Positions 11,147-25,641 of a DNA stretch of 64,000 nt are shown here, one piece after another; within the stretch, counting starts at the first letter, position 1; each line of letters begins with the position of its first letter. Origin of the DNA: Podarcis tiliguerta (Eukaryota); assembly GCA_965153285.1 (NCBI GenBank), contig OZ229117.1; one strand, written 5' to 3'. Below the pieces are notes generated by a model, which was not told the origin of the DNA, did no database searches, and saw nothing but the letters and a program-made list of their open reading frames with translations. Position numbers and translations under genes: made by a program.

Positions 11147-14100
11147 TGTAAGAATGTAAGAAGAGCTCAAAGACCCATCTAGTCAAGCATTGTCTTCTCA
11201 CAGTGGTCAATCTGATGCTTGTGGGAACCAGAGCGCAACAGCACTTTCCCCACTTGAGATTCCCAGCAAGATGCATTGAAAGCCTTATCCTCCATGAATT
11301 TGTCTAATACCCTTTTAAAGCCATCCAAGTTGGTGGCCATTGCTATATCTTTGGGAGCAAATTTCTTAGTTCTATGTGTTGTATGGAGAAGTACCACCTT
11401 TTGGCTGTCTTGAGTCTACCAATATTTAGCTTCATTGGGTGACCTCTGTTTTTTTAGTATGATGAGAGAAGAGAAAAAGCCTTCACCCTATCCACTTTCT
11501 CTAGTCTAAACCATGTATGATTTATTACACCTCTTTTTGCCTTTTTTTCTGAACTAAGATGCCTCATAGAGGAGTAATACTTGCTTTTCTGAAGTTTTTC
11601 CAGTTCCACGATATCCATTTTTGGCCGTAAGGTGACCAGAACTGTAATGTTCTAAAGATGGTGGCACCAAAGATTTGTATAATGACATTATGATATTATT
11701 GACTGTTTTGCTTTAAATCGCATTCATAATTATTTCTCATATGAAGTTCACTTTTTTTCACAGCTTCTGTGGGCTAGGAACACACTGAGGTGTCCAATGC
11801 TATACCATGATCTCACTCCTGGTCATCCAGCACCAGTTTAGACCCCATTTTTATTTGTTATGGGGTCAGGTTTTTGTTTTTTACTATATTATTTATTTTT
11901 GTGTTTTTTATATTGTAAGCCATTCTATGATCCTCAGATGAAGGGTGGTATAGGCATGATGATGATAATAATAATGCTAAAGATGGAAACGTTCCAGAAA
12001 TTGTGAATCCATAGAAAAAACAATGTTGGGGTATGGGGGGATTTGGGGTGAAAGATGCAATCCATTTTAAAAGCATCCTTTACAGTTCAAAAGTCGTTTT
12101 GTTACTTTTGTAACATAAACTATATTATATAAAACTTTGCTTACTATAAAATTACCATGTTTTTGTATATTAAAATGCACTTTTTTCAGACAATAATTAC
12201 AGGATCAATTTACTTTTAAAAATCTTAGTTACAAATGGAGCTACAAGGTGCTGAACTGTAAGAATTTTTTTTTTTAATTTTTTTTGCATCTCTTTGGTTT
12301 TACCAGTTTATGAGGAGCCAGCAAAAAATAATAAAAACAGAAGAAACAGTCAACATCTCTGTCTGGAAAGACAATGGAGTGCACCTCCAGGGGTGAAGTC
12401 AAACCCCTGAAGTGACCTTCCCGGGACACAAGCCTGGGCAATGTGTATGAGGGTCCCATGCTGCCCAGATGACAAGACACGTGCCCCCTCCCCTTGGCCT
12501 CACTGAAGTGGTTCAAAGGAAAGCTGAGCAATACATTTGGCACCAGTTTGACTACAGAAGTTCCCAGAAGGAAACTTAGAAGGTGCCATCCAGCTGTCTT
12601 AGGAACTCCACTCCTGATTTGTGTAGGGTTTACTAAAAAACTTTTCTCCCGAAGATATCAGGCAAGGCAGCACGAGGTTTAGGATCAGAGTTTTCTTTCT
12701 CCTAGATAAGCTACCTTCTCAGGTTGATGAGCCTCATCTGCCATTTACTTCCCTCTACACAGCATGTGCAGGAACTACCTTCTTGACTGTTGGACCCACC
12801 ATTGGTCTCATTCTTTCAATCAACTGGAGCCTGTCTTTACAGGCAGGGAAGTCCTTAACTCACCAAGGGTTTGTGCTACCCATTGGCTACCCTCACCTGG
12901 TTTAGCTGGCCAGTCAATGCAAATTCTACATGAAATTTAATCAGTCTTTATTTCTGAGCTATCACTACCAAATTCTGGGTCTTCATATTTGTTACTTTCT
13001 TTCTCCTTCTTTTGCCAAACCTTTGTTAGGCATTATAGACATTATCATGGACTGCTCAAGTTTTGCTCAGATTGAAACAAGCTGATCTATTTGATATATC
13101 AGTTTATTTCTTGATTTGGTGTAAGTATTTCCAAACAGATCAGTTTCTTTCATACACCTGTAGAAGTTGAAGGAATCTGAAGTAGGTAAGAAGCATGAGG
13201 GGTCAGAGGCTTGCCACCATGTTGCAAGAGGGATTAGTTTGGCAGAGTCACAGACTGCATTTGAGGACTGAATGCCTGAATATGTTCTGTATTCTGCAAC
13301 ATTTAAAGGTGCATTTCCAACATCAAGTCCCAAGTTTGTTGCTTGTTTGTAATCCAGTCAAATGCAGAAGCAGTGCTGTCATCACTTACATTTCTGACTT
13401 TTTCTGAATTTTCTCAGTCCCTCCACCAGGCCTTCACATCTCTACTGATCAGCAAACTTGACTGCTGCACAGTTCACTCCTAGCTCCACGTCATTTATAA
13501 ACAAGTTAAAAAGTTTCACCTAGGTCCTAGTACTGATCCTTGGAGGACTCCACTTTCTACCTCTCTATTAGGAGAACTATCCCTTTATTCTTTCTCTTGG
13601 CTTGCTGTCCCTTAACCAGTTACCTGTTCTTTTATCACATAACTTGGTGAGGAACACAGTGTTGACTGGCTCACTCATATATATATGGCAGGTGACACGC
13701 TCTAATAACTCTAAAATGTTAATGAGATAGGACCAAACCTTGCAGAAACCACGCTGATTCAACTTTAGCAATACTTAATTCTTCTAGATGCTTGGCAATG
13801 CTTCTCGCCAGTTTTCCTGGAATAGACACCAAGCAAGTCAGCCTATAATTTTCCTGATGTCACCTAGATCCTTTTCTTTTTCTTTTTCTTAAAAAAGTGG
13901 TGTTACATTGGCCACTTTCCAGACCTCTGGTATGAAGGCTGATGTTAGAAACAAGTTAAATATTTTTGTTGGAAGGTCAGTGCTTTCGTACCACCTTGGG
14001 CGGCTGTTATCTGGAATGATTGATTTGTCCATTTTTTGTTAATATTTATTCATATAACATGTACAGTGCATATTAAAAGGACATTAGGACAAAAGAAAAC

Positions 14101-15130
14101 ACCCTGAAAAGGAACTATACAAAAAATAGAACACAAAAAGCTACTTTAAAGATATCAACAACTAATACTAGTGGGGCAGCAAAAAAGAAAAAAAGTTGAA
14201 AGGGCGTAAGGAAGAGACAAAAAAGCCAAGTAAGTTCAGTGATTCTTCTAAATAAAATCATACTTGGCTGAACAAGGTGACCGACCTGAAACTTGTCAAC
14301 AAAGCCAAGAACTCTTGTCATCACTATTTGCCTCAGTTCCTCAAACTCCTTGAGTAAGTTTCTCTAGGCATAGGATTTGCCCCATGTATTCCACTGCAGA
14401 GACAGATGCAAAGAACCCATACAGCTTCTCTGCCATCTCCTTTTCCTCCTTTTCCACACCTTTGAGTCCCTTGTTATCCTAAGGTCCAAATGCCTTTAGC
14501 CAGTTTTCTGTTTCTAATATATTTAAATATTTCTGTAGTTATTGTTAGCAAGGTAAATTGTCCCAACACCTTGACTTTCCAGACAACTTCCATCTGTCTG
14601 CGAGATGGTTTCACATCGCTCCTTAAAGGAGATAAACAAATTTATCTGACTGCTCTGTGTTTTATGTTGTGTCCTCAAATTCTTTCTTCATATCTCTTAA
14701 CGTTGTTGGCATTTCTTCTGCTAAGGTTTGAGTTCTTCTTCTCCCCTTTTGTTTGGACAAGACTTCCATTTATTGAAAGAAGTCTTTCCTAGAATAGCTT
14801 TCTTGACCCAACTCATTAATCATGCTGACATCCTCTTGGCTGTGGTGGTACCTTCACTGCTTAGCTTCTGTTATTGTGTTTGCAGGGTGGGACCCAAGCA
14901 TTTTGCAGAGGTTTGACCCTCCTGACTTTCTCTTTTAACTTCCTTTTTTATTAGAGGTTTCCTCTTCTGAAGTCAAATGGACTGTGTTGGACTTCCTTGG
15001 TAATTGCCCAGTTATATTGAATTTGATAGCACTGTGGCCGGTTGGTTCAAGAACACTTATATCTCCCTCCAAACCTCCTGGGCAGCACTTAAGATTAAGT
15101 TGCTGCCTCTCTTATCAGTTCCTGAGGGGT
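11147..15130 (-). mobile_element. Fragmented CR1 LINE (minus) interrupted by nested insertions in CSNK2A2 intron 1
   Basis: CR1 3' end near 11147-11850, RT and endonuclease remnants at ~12930-14030 and ~14240-15130. Interrupted by an L2-type tail (~11860-11975), an unclassified repeat (~12340-12920) and an AT-rich segment (~14035-14235). Boundaries are approximate. Confidence 0.65.
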
Positions 15131-16615
15131 AGGTTAGGCAGAGTGTGACTATTTTAACATGATCTAATGAACCTCATCACTGTGAGAGGACTTGAATCTT
15201 GGTCTTCCTGGTCTTCATCCAGTACTCTGCTTGCTAGGTTGTGGTTTTTGCCACTGATGGCTACTTATGTTTCTGCTCAGAGAAACCTGTAGCTGTAGCG
15301 TGGGGTCTGTGAGAAAAGCTTTTCCCATCTTGCCCCTCACTTTCATGGGCCTGCTAGTCACTCCTTTTTAACAAATAACACCATTATGAAATAAGTGGCA
15401 TTCATTCTTGGAATAATTGACCGCAGTCAAAGGGGTAGCCAATAGATGAATGTGTGCTCTAGTCTTGAGTGGCAGACCTGACCTCTTAATATGTTATAGA
15501 TTTTAGTTTGCCCTTGTAGTTTTGCTGAAAAGCCTAAAAGCCTTCCCTCCCACCCTTCCAACCCAAGGCTATAATTTTAAGTGTGGATGAGTAGAAGGAC
15601 AGATATAATTGGTTTGGTAATAAGTTTGGGTTCTTTGGATTAAGGTGATAAAGATGAAATGAATTAACTTTCAAGAGTGTTATGTAGTGGGTTGGCATGC
15701 CAGGCAAACTGGAGTGGGTGAGAAGGAATTAGATGACAACTGGGTTGTGTCATACAGGAAACAGCAGGGCGGGTTTGGACTGCCTTTCAATAACCTTTCA
15801 GTAATGTGTGTTAACTTTATAATCTGGTAAATACCTAGGAAGAATGCTAATAATTTTGGATTTCCCCTTTTAATGCATGCTTATGTGCCAAGTGGCAATG
15901 CTAATATACACTCAAGGTCGCTTTGCTAGAATTGAAAAGGGGGGTGAGGTGTTCATTTCTGGCTAATTAGAGTAAAATTGTCAGCATGATATTGGGTATG
16001 TGGGAGTTCGTAAATATACGACTGATCTGGCACATGTAGCTTAATGTGTCCTCAGGATAACTCAACACACTAGTCAACTCATATGCTTTAAGCACTCCCT
16101 GATATACAGGCAAGATGATGAAACAACGCTAAAAGGTCCAAGCTGGAAAATCTCGGGTGTATGCTCTCTTGGGATGTCTAAAAGCTAATAGTATAATCTC
16201 TGCCTGTGAAACGGTGAAGGAGGGTTTCTTCCCCCGCTGCTGATACCAGCCTCATTGTCAGGATGTTCAGGGGAAAGAGAAGTTGACTGTCAAAGAGGAT
16301 TGTGGGAACTGTCTTTCTCACTTTGGACTTGGAAGTTGTTAGTTCTGAACAGTTCCATCAATTCTGTAACAAAAATTAGGATTATCATTCCAGAGAAAGA
16401 GGTCTCTTGATGTGGGTGGCATAATATCTTTTTCTGATGATGGCAGGTGAATAATGAGTGTTGAGGACTTTTAGAGGTTGCAGGCACCATTCCTCCTTCC
16501 GTTGGATCTATGGAATTCTGAAATGCTGAAGTTTAAGCATCCTCATAACCATCAGTAGCAATCCATGGAGAGCAAGCGTGTGCAGAAGTGGGATAGTTCC
16601 TGTTCAGTAGTTTGA

Positions 16616-16930
<315 letters not shown>

Positions 16931-19900
16931 TAATGGGCTGTTCTTGATCTAAGCCCCTTGCGTTCTTCATATCATATTGCATATTCATATCTGGAATGGA
17001 TGTTGAGGTGCTGCATTCTTGACTTTGTGTCTGGTAGTGGTATTCGGTTATCACTCTCCTCATCTGTTTTTAAAAGGTAGCATTGCCGTTGGGACCATTT
17101 TGTGAAGGAACAGCATGTTTCCATGTGTTGAAATAGCACTGCACACAGTAGACACAGGAATTAACATCTGGCAAGTTTTACTTGGCAGGACAGATGTTAA
17201 GACCTGTTCACTGTAATGCAAAGGCTACCGGAGCATCCTTTGATTAACATCTCAATGATGAGCATTTGACTTAGTTGGAACTGAGGTGGAGGTGATCAGG
17301 CAGGTGGATTTGGGAAAGACTAACTTGGATGTTGCTGTTAGTAGCAATACACCAAAGCACACTTGGCCTTGCTTAAAATGAGGATGTGGGATTTTCATGT
17401 TTAGCATTGCTCATCATTTGCCTTCTGCTGTAAAAGCATTTTATCAAAGGTAACCCAGTAAATATATTGCCATGGTTGACATTACCTTTTTTTGGGGGGG
17501 GGGCAAGTGAATTCTCATGACTGGCATGTTTAAAATTCATGTCCACATTATCAAGGCTTATCTAGTTCGGGGTGTGTGGCATGGGGTGGGGTTTCCCTAT
17601 GAAGAGGACAGCTTAGATTTTTATTTATTTAGATTTCCTCTTATTTATTTAGACTTGTGGTCATAACTAGCATCTGTGATCATTGCTGTTGGCCCAGCAT
17701 CCTCTTTAAACTTCTCCCAGTTGTCCTTTCAACAGTTGAAATGGTGAGCCTAAGTGTAAGGCTTTCTAGGAGTATTCATCACACATCAGTGGTGGCTTAT
17801 AGGCTACTTATTGTGGCTTCAATGGTTTGCATTAGGTGAATCTGGGTTGGCATTGACACAGTGCTACCATACTGAAAATAAAGAGATGTGTGGAAAGAAG
17901 TCCCAGGATGTGATTTTTTTCAACTTGGTCTGAGCAGATTGCTTCTTTGGGTGGTCAGTTTTTCTCTCTGTGGTGTTCCAATATTGTGTGTTCTAGTGCA
18001 GCATTTGTGAGAATTGTTTAAAGGGTGGATGTAGGAGGTAGACACACATTAAGTCTCTGCTCCCGCACCTCAAGACTGCCTTCACTAACCTGGTGTCCTT
18101 CAGATCTTTTGGACTACAACTTCCATTTGCCCCAGCCAGCATAGCTGACAGTACGTGTACCACTTGATGGGCTGTGAAGTACTCCTGGTTGAAAAGCATG
18201 GCTTTAGTAATGGAAACAGGCAGTGCAAGGAAATGCTTGCTAAGTAATTCCTGTGAAACCCATGACAAACTTCCTGTGGGCACATCACCTCTTTCTTGAC
18301 AACTTTCTGCTGTCCTGTTCACCAGAATGCCCCCTAGAGACTGAAAGTGGGAGGGACTGTCAAAGTATGCCCTGAAAGAATCCTCCAAACTAAGATTGCC
18401 CTGTGTGACGCTGGTACCATCCAGTCTTGACGTCATCCCTTTCTCTTCTGCATGATCCTGTGTCCTGCATCAAAAGCTTGTTGCTTCTTTCCCACTTGAT
18501 TTGACCTGATAATGGTAGGGAAATGTTGGCTTCCCTAGAAATTGCAAGATTGGAATGGATTGGCACTACTGTCCGGTTTAAGGGATGGGTAAGACTTAGT
18601 CTTAGTTCTTGTGGAAGACTTCGCAGCTATCGGTTGACTGGCCATATGTTTAACAAGTGAGGTACAGCTTATGCTAAACGTAGTACATTAAAAGAATGAA
18701 CTAAGCAAGGAAGTGCCTGGTTGCAAATGTCACCTTAGCCATGAGGCAAACTCCTGCTCTCAGCCCCTCTCTCTGTTCTGTAAGTAGTCCAGTGTTATCT
18801 CTGATCTTAGGTAGTTGCAACGATTTTGGATACCTGAAGCATTTTGAGCAATTAAGAAAAATACAATGTAAAGGCAACTTGAGGATCTTAATGTTTCCTA
18901 ACATTTTAAAGTTTTGAGATGCCGTTAATTGTTACACAAGGCAGTACTGTAGTATTGAAGAGGTGGTCTCAGCAGAAAACTGCTTCAGAAGAGACCCTAG
19001 ATGCAAAGATACTTACTTGCTTATCTTCAGGTTGTGCCTCCATCCCTCTCCTGAAAATTGGTGGTTGATGGTGACAAAATACCAATGCGTGTCTTTACTT
19101 GTTTTTGTCTTTTTTGTATGAAACCTCTGGATTTGAATTTGAAGGAGAGGGAAGCACTGCATGCTAGCCCTGGTGTTGTCACCTTCTGGAGCCCTAAATT
19201 CCTGTTTGCAGGGGCCCAACACTCCTTATACTTGTTAATCCCTGAGCCTGCACATTGCTTTTCCTCTTGGGCACAGCAAATGCATACTGTTGTGCACCTA
19301 ACTGGCCTCTATTTTCATTCTGCTCAGGAGGCTTATAGGGTTTCCTGGATCCCCAGGATTTGCTGGTATACTTCTTTCAGGGAAGAGTTGCAGACTTTGG
19401 GTACATCATGATGATATCGTTTATTAGTTAACTTTACAGGCATTGATCCTAAGTGTACAATGTAATTGGTGTTTACAAACAGGAATGGTATTTCAAGTTC
19501 CCTCAGCCCTTTTAAGCCACTCCTGCCACCAGCTCAAAACTGCTTCCACCTGCTTGACCCCAGCTTTCTTGCAGAAACCTCCTCTATCCAACGTGATTGC
19601 TAAATGTTCAGAGGAAATATAGCAAGTGCTGTCAGCAGACGGGAGGGTGGTTCTCTATAGTGTCCCATGCAAGACTGGAAAACTGATACTAAAAAATAAC
19701 ATGTATGTAGCACAGCTTTGCTTTTAATCACTGGCCTTGTAAGCCATAGGGTGCATGGAATTGGGTCCAGGCAAGTGAGCAGGCTTCTGGGAGAAGAAGA
19801 CCCCTTCTCCAGTCCTAGGAAAGGTTTGCAGATCTTACTGACCCTCCTCTGCCAGCCCCCAGCAGGCAAGAAAATTGGTTGGCTTATTTACCAGGCTGAT

Positions 19901-21144
19901 AATAGTAAGCATATCAAAAAAGTGGCGACTTCAAGAATTTCAGTTGCTTGCCTGGTTTTTCCCCTTCCAGTGGCTAGCAGGATAAGAAATCATACTAAAT
20001 GTATACACTTCAATATACTTGCTTAATTTTCCAGGTTCATAATAAAAGGAAAATTTTGATTTCACATAATTAATATTATAAGTACAGAATATACAGCTTT
20101 GGCTGTCAGCAGACTCCAAAGGAGCTGATAGTCAACCCTCTTTTCTCTTACCTGCAGCACAAAAAGTTCTCTAGACATAAGCAGGAAGTAATTTTGCACC
20201 AATATGGGAATATTGATGAGATATGGTCAGGTTTTGGGGGTGGGTGCTTTCTAATCTAAACTGGCCACTTGGTGCTCCTCCCTACTGCTACTGCTGCCTC
20301 ACTTTTTTAACCTTTGAGGAGGGGTGTTTACCCCACCCCATGGTTCTGTGGTGTGGCTGTCTGCCAGTAGACAGTAGGAGGGATAAAGCTGTGCTAACAG
20401 CTGAGGTTCTGAAGAGCTTCTCACCATTTTAATTTAAATTATTTCCCCCGGAGTGAGAGTTGACAGCAAGGTGAACCAATAAGACAGCACATTTTGAAGT
20501 TCCTGGACCAATGAGGACAGAGGAGCAATGACCTACTTTGGTGCTTTAATTGGTCTAGCAACCTACCCAAGTGGTGTCTCATTGGCTCACTGCACTGCCA
20601 TTCTTGTCCTATGAGAAATCCACTAAATGAAATGGTAGGGAGCTCATAGGAGCCTCAACTGCTACTGCAGCACTGTATTCCTAGCATTCACTGCTGCTCA
20701 CCACCACTTGCTCCTGGCTTGCCACTTGGGGCCATTTTGGGCTATACTTTGAGCTCTGGGCCTTTCCCAGTCTGAAACGGACATTTCTGTACTAACCACT
20801 TCCCCATGAGGTGTATTCATCATGGGCTGAAACTGCTCCATCCACTCAGTCCCTCATCTTCCCCACATTCGGCAGGGAAGGCTTTTCCTTATACTGTCAA
20901 AGACTCCACAGCCACATGGAGGGTTCTGCTTTCATTTAAGCAGAAATGAAAAAAAGCCCCCTGCAGACCTTCTATACTGGGGGGGGGGGGGAATGGAGCA
21001 GTTTTGGTGATATGCACCAGGGCATGAGGGGAGGTGCTTGCAGGCACACCCCTGCCTCCCATCCAAGGATGTACATGTGTGTGTTCAGGTAAAAATTTAG
21101 CGTTGAAAGAAATCTCACTTCTAATCTCTCTTTATGTATTTAAG

Positions 21145-21246
21145 CCAGTGAAGAAAAAGAAGATAAAACGAGAAGTTAAGATTCTGGAGAACCTGCGAGG
21201 TGGAACAAACATCATTAAACTGATCGACACTGTCAAGGATCCAGTG
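21145..21246 (+). CDS. CSNK2A2: CSNK2A2 exon 3
   Basis: ttaag|CCA..GTG|gtaggt; [34 protein letters not shown] (CK2 basic cluster). Confidence 0.97.
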
Positions 21247-21607
21247 GTAGGTCCTAGTATGTGTCAGGAGCACTGGAATAATTGGGGTTATCTTCAAAAG
21301 TGGGTCATACAGGAAGCTTAGCTCCTCACACAGGTTTTACAGTTCAAGTATGTGTTTACTGCAGGTGGAACAGGTCTCATGTTGGGATTTTTATTGTTTA
21401 GGCATCTGCATAGTTTAAAAACCACGTTAGTTTCTGTTTTTAACAATAAGCTCTTTAAATAACCCTTTGAGTTCTTTGGATAGATAAGGGAGGGTTTATT
21501 TCTGTGTCTTGGGGTCAGAGAGAGCATTATCCAGAAGAATCATGGAATAATCAAGAAAGCAGGTTACAGGAAAGGTGTGGTTATATCATACATATTCTCT
21601 CTTGCAG

Positions 21608-21658
21608 TCAAAGACTCCAGCCCTAGTGTTTGAATACATCAATAATACAGATTTCAAG
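21608..21658 (+). CDS. CSNK2A2: CSNK2A2 exon 4
   Basis: ttgcag|TCA..AAG|gtgagt; SKTPALVFEYINNTDFK. Confidence 0.97.
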
Positions 21659-23894
21659 GTGAGTTTTTCTTCCTTTCTATACATAATGGATTTTCCAGAA
21701 AGCCTTGGGAGAGGAAATGTTGAATCTATTGAAACACAAAATTTATTCTTGCGGAAGAATGAATTGTGTAGTCTTATGGGCACTTTGTAAGAAACTAACT
21801 GCAATCAGCAAGCAGTCTCTCTGTGTGGTTTTTGTGGTCCATGTTCAAAGGGAGTGGTGCAATAGAAGTTTACTGCATTTCCTTGATACTCTGTCTCAAT
21901 ATAGCAACTGTTGCCCTGCAGCATGTAATTCCATGCTAATCTCCCTGCTATGATACTCTGTTTACTGTAGTCTTGTTGATGAGGAAAGTGGGGCCTGATT
22001 TTTACAGTGGGAAAAAGCTGGATATGAGAGTAGAGTTGGGAGGAAATGTCCAGATTTGTTGAGCATCAGGGGGAAATTTGAGACTAGGTTCTACAAAGTG
22101 ACAGTATCTACTTGAATCACAGTGGAACCAGGTTTCTGGCATTTAAAATCACAATGATTATGCAATTTTAAAGCTATTTTTGGTGTGTGTTTTTTAAGGA
22201 AAGCAGTCAGTAAATTGGAAGCATTTGGTTTGCCTCATCTATGGGTGATAGCCTAAATATCTAGGTCTCAAAATGTGATGATAGAATTTGACAGCGAACT
22301 TGTAGAAACATGGCAGGAGTTTAAAGGGACCAAAGAATCAAAGGAAAAGTTACACACAAAATTGGACTCTTGGAGGAGAGTTGGAATCTGAAGCAGCAAA
22401 TGCCAACATGAGCCAATTGGTGCTTAAAAATAAGATAGAGATAGTGAGCGTTCAGAAACTCGATGAAACTGAGAATCTGTGGAGGATGTTGTTCAGTTCA
22501 TTTCATTTCTATACCACTTTATATTTTTAATAAAAAGTTTTCAAAGCAGTTTACAACCCAGATTAAAACATCAAATAAAACAATCTAGAACAAAAAATTA
22601 CAGAAAGAAGTTAACCATAAAGTATACATTCAAAGCATCATAATTAAGAGGACTCTAAAATATTATCTTAAAAAATTCAAAATAAAGCATTACAAAGAAG
22701 GTCAACTACAGAATGCTCATGCATTTAACGCAACAATGCCAGAAGCAGAAACAGGCACACTTTATCTGAGGTGGAGACCTGGAGTTCCTTATCGAACTGG
22801 CAGTATGCTGATGTGCTGAGCTGTGTTGATCCCAATTCTTAGTCCAGACCTAGGTGTAGCTAAGAAATATTCGTGTGCTAAGTGTGCAAGGTGAAGGTTC
22901 AGAATCATCTTATGTCCTCATAGTGCCCTCCAGATGTTGAGGAGTCCAATTCCTGTCAGCCCCAGCAGCCAGTGTTTTTCATTTCATTTCACTTTTAATT
23001 TGTACACTGACTTTCTATATTGCTGTGCACAAGATGGTTTAGATGCTGAAGAAACAACAAAATATATAGCAAAGATCACATATCTTTTAACAATCCGATC
23101 CAATACAAAAAAGTCATAATAAAAGGTATGACTTTAAAATAAACAACTTATACCAAATAAAGTAATATTCAGTAATCTATTAGCATATAATAGTGCACAA
23201 TAAAATTAACCATCAAAATATCAGCAAACAGAAATTCACTATCAACAATAAATCATCACTATAATATGAAAAAAATAACAGCAAGTTACAATGCACAAAA
23301 TATAACACACAAAAACAATGTAAAAGGATCAAATTGAGCAACAAAGCCACATAACTTACAACCCCCCCCCCCAAAAAAAAACCACACCACCAAAAAAACC
23401 CACCTCTTCTCCCTTCCCAGCCTTGGTCTTGGAGAGGCTGCTGCTCAGTTGGACTTGGGAGGCAAGGCTCTTTTGCCCTTCTTCATACTTTCTCCCCAAA
23501 GAAGCTGGTAGCATGCTAAGTTGATCCATGGGGTGGGGCATTTGCCTGCAGGCTGAACCCTGCCCATCAGCTGGCATCACCCAGTGACATCAGCTTGTTG
23601 GACAAGTGGGTGTGGTATGGGGGAAATGGAGAGGTGGGACGAAATAGGCCCAGGGGGGCAGAGATTCCCTTTCCTTGCTCTAATGCTTGCCAGGATCCTT
23701 TAATGCTTCTCTGAGGTTTGCCTGTCTTCTGCTTCAGAGATCTTGCAGCTCTGTCTCTTGACCTGCCCTTGAGTGTAAAAGAGGTTCTACAGAGTGTGGA
23801 ACACAGTGGGGAGCACCACAAGGTGGGAGCGGAGGTGTAAGAATGACAGGAAAAGCACAACACTGATTTTTGCAATTTTCTGTTTTCAAATTGA

Positions 23895-23999
<105 letters not shown>

Positions 24000-25557
24000 T
24001 GAATTTTGTCAAGTGGGGTTGTGTGCAATGAATATCTGCAGGATTTTTTTATTATTTGGGAAAGGGAAGAACAGCACTGCTCCCATAATTGAACACTTTT
24101 TTGTGGGCAACATTATGTCTTGGTCACAGCTCCAGAATACCTCCTCTGGGACTTCTTGGGCCCTGATTACCTCTTGGAATAATTTAAAGATGTGATGTGT
24201 CTCTGTGGATATGCAGAAAATTCATTCCCATCCCTAAATCCCCTTCTTTCTCTGTAGAGAAGTATAGGCAAGTCAGAGGAAGTTAAGAAATCAGTCAGTC
24301 ACACAGCGAGAGACAACCTTGGAAAACAGAGCATACATCTGGCTCTTAGTTATTCTTCAGAGGTCCTAAGGAGTCAGTGGATTTTGCTTTCTGACTTTTT
24401 GGTCCCTGTGCACTGAAAATGACTCCCAAGTTCGTCTCTGCTAGTTTCTGCTGCCGCCTTTATCTTCTACCATCATATCATTTCTTTAACGGCTCTCAAA
24501 TGTAAAGCAGTGTCTAAATAAATTTTGCTGTTTCAAAGTGTTAGAACAACTTGCAGCTTGGTTGAATTAGATTGAAATGACCCCTTATAATTTCTGGAGT
24601 TCAAAGGCTTTATTCATGCAGGAGCAGATTTATCTTTGTAGGATTTATTTGCAGAAGAGATTAAAGAGAGAAAACAGAAGATATTGTCTCAATAAGTTGG
24701 GAGAGAAAGGAACAAAATGATAGAGTTGATTTGAGCAGAAAGGCTACAAGCAAGTGCTGGCTAGATTGCTAGACAAACAGTACCCTCATGTGGTTTAAAA
24801 TAACACATGCATTAACTAGAAGCTCAGAAGAAGGAAATGTCTTTACTTGTTTCCAACATGAAGGACAGACAAATTTTTCTTGTAAAGCCACAGGTGCTGG
24901 TGACATGCTGGAAACAGGCACCACCTTTGCCCTGGCCTTGACATATTTTTGAACCCAACTGGGATGAGCAGCAGAGGGCAAAGCAGCTGCCACCAAAAGT
25001 GCAGTAGCCTGGAGAGAAAGAGTGAGTCCTGGGCCATCTTGTTCTTGCTGTGCAACTAGGCAGTACTCCAGATTTTAACCTCAAAAGGGGTTTCTAACTA
25101 GAGACCCACATCACGGCCCCATGTGAAAACATGAATATCCTTTTTTCAAAGCCTTGGCAGGCTTGGCTATCTCATTGTTAAGATTCCAGGAGGAAAGGTT
25201 GCTTGCCCTATTTGATGGGCTTGGTTCTTTCCAAGATCTGTGCTTAGATTTAGGCTTTTGGGAGGACTAACAAAACTCTTGGATAACTTCTTCTACACGG
25301 CAGTGTGGCATCCTTGCTGGGGAGAGAAACTGGCACATAGCACAGATATATTCAGCTGCTATAATTTCATCAGTGGAAAGGCTTAATTTTCCTTGTGTGT
25401 CTTTTTTAATGTTTTAATTTAGGTTTGGCATAAGTAACAAGAGTACATTCAGTATCTCTATTTTCAAATCGTAAAGTCTTTCATACAGGTGAATTTGAGA
25501 CATTTTTGTTGTTGATTTTCCTTGTGTTGGGTGTTAATGTCTACATGTCTCTGGCAG

Positions 25558-25641
25558 GCCTTGGATTACTGTCACAGCATGGGAATCATGCACAGAGATG
25601 TCAAACCTCATAACGTCATGATAGACCACCAACAGAAAAAG
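25558..25641 (+). CDS. CSNK2A2: CSNK2A2 exon 6
   Basis: ggcag|GCC..AAG|gtaaag; [28 protein letters not shown] (HRD catalytic loop). Confidence 0.97.

Noticed and set aside
25558-25641. CSNK2A1-like HSMG in the alpha' kinase, suggesting a chimera or gene conversion
   Set aside because: A single residue. The rest (DHQQKK, HPAQEY, both termini) is alpha'-type, and Met is most simply the ancestral state.
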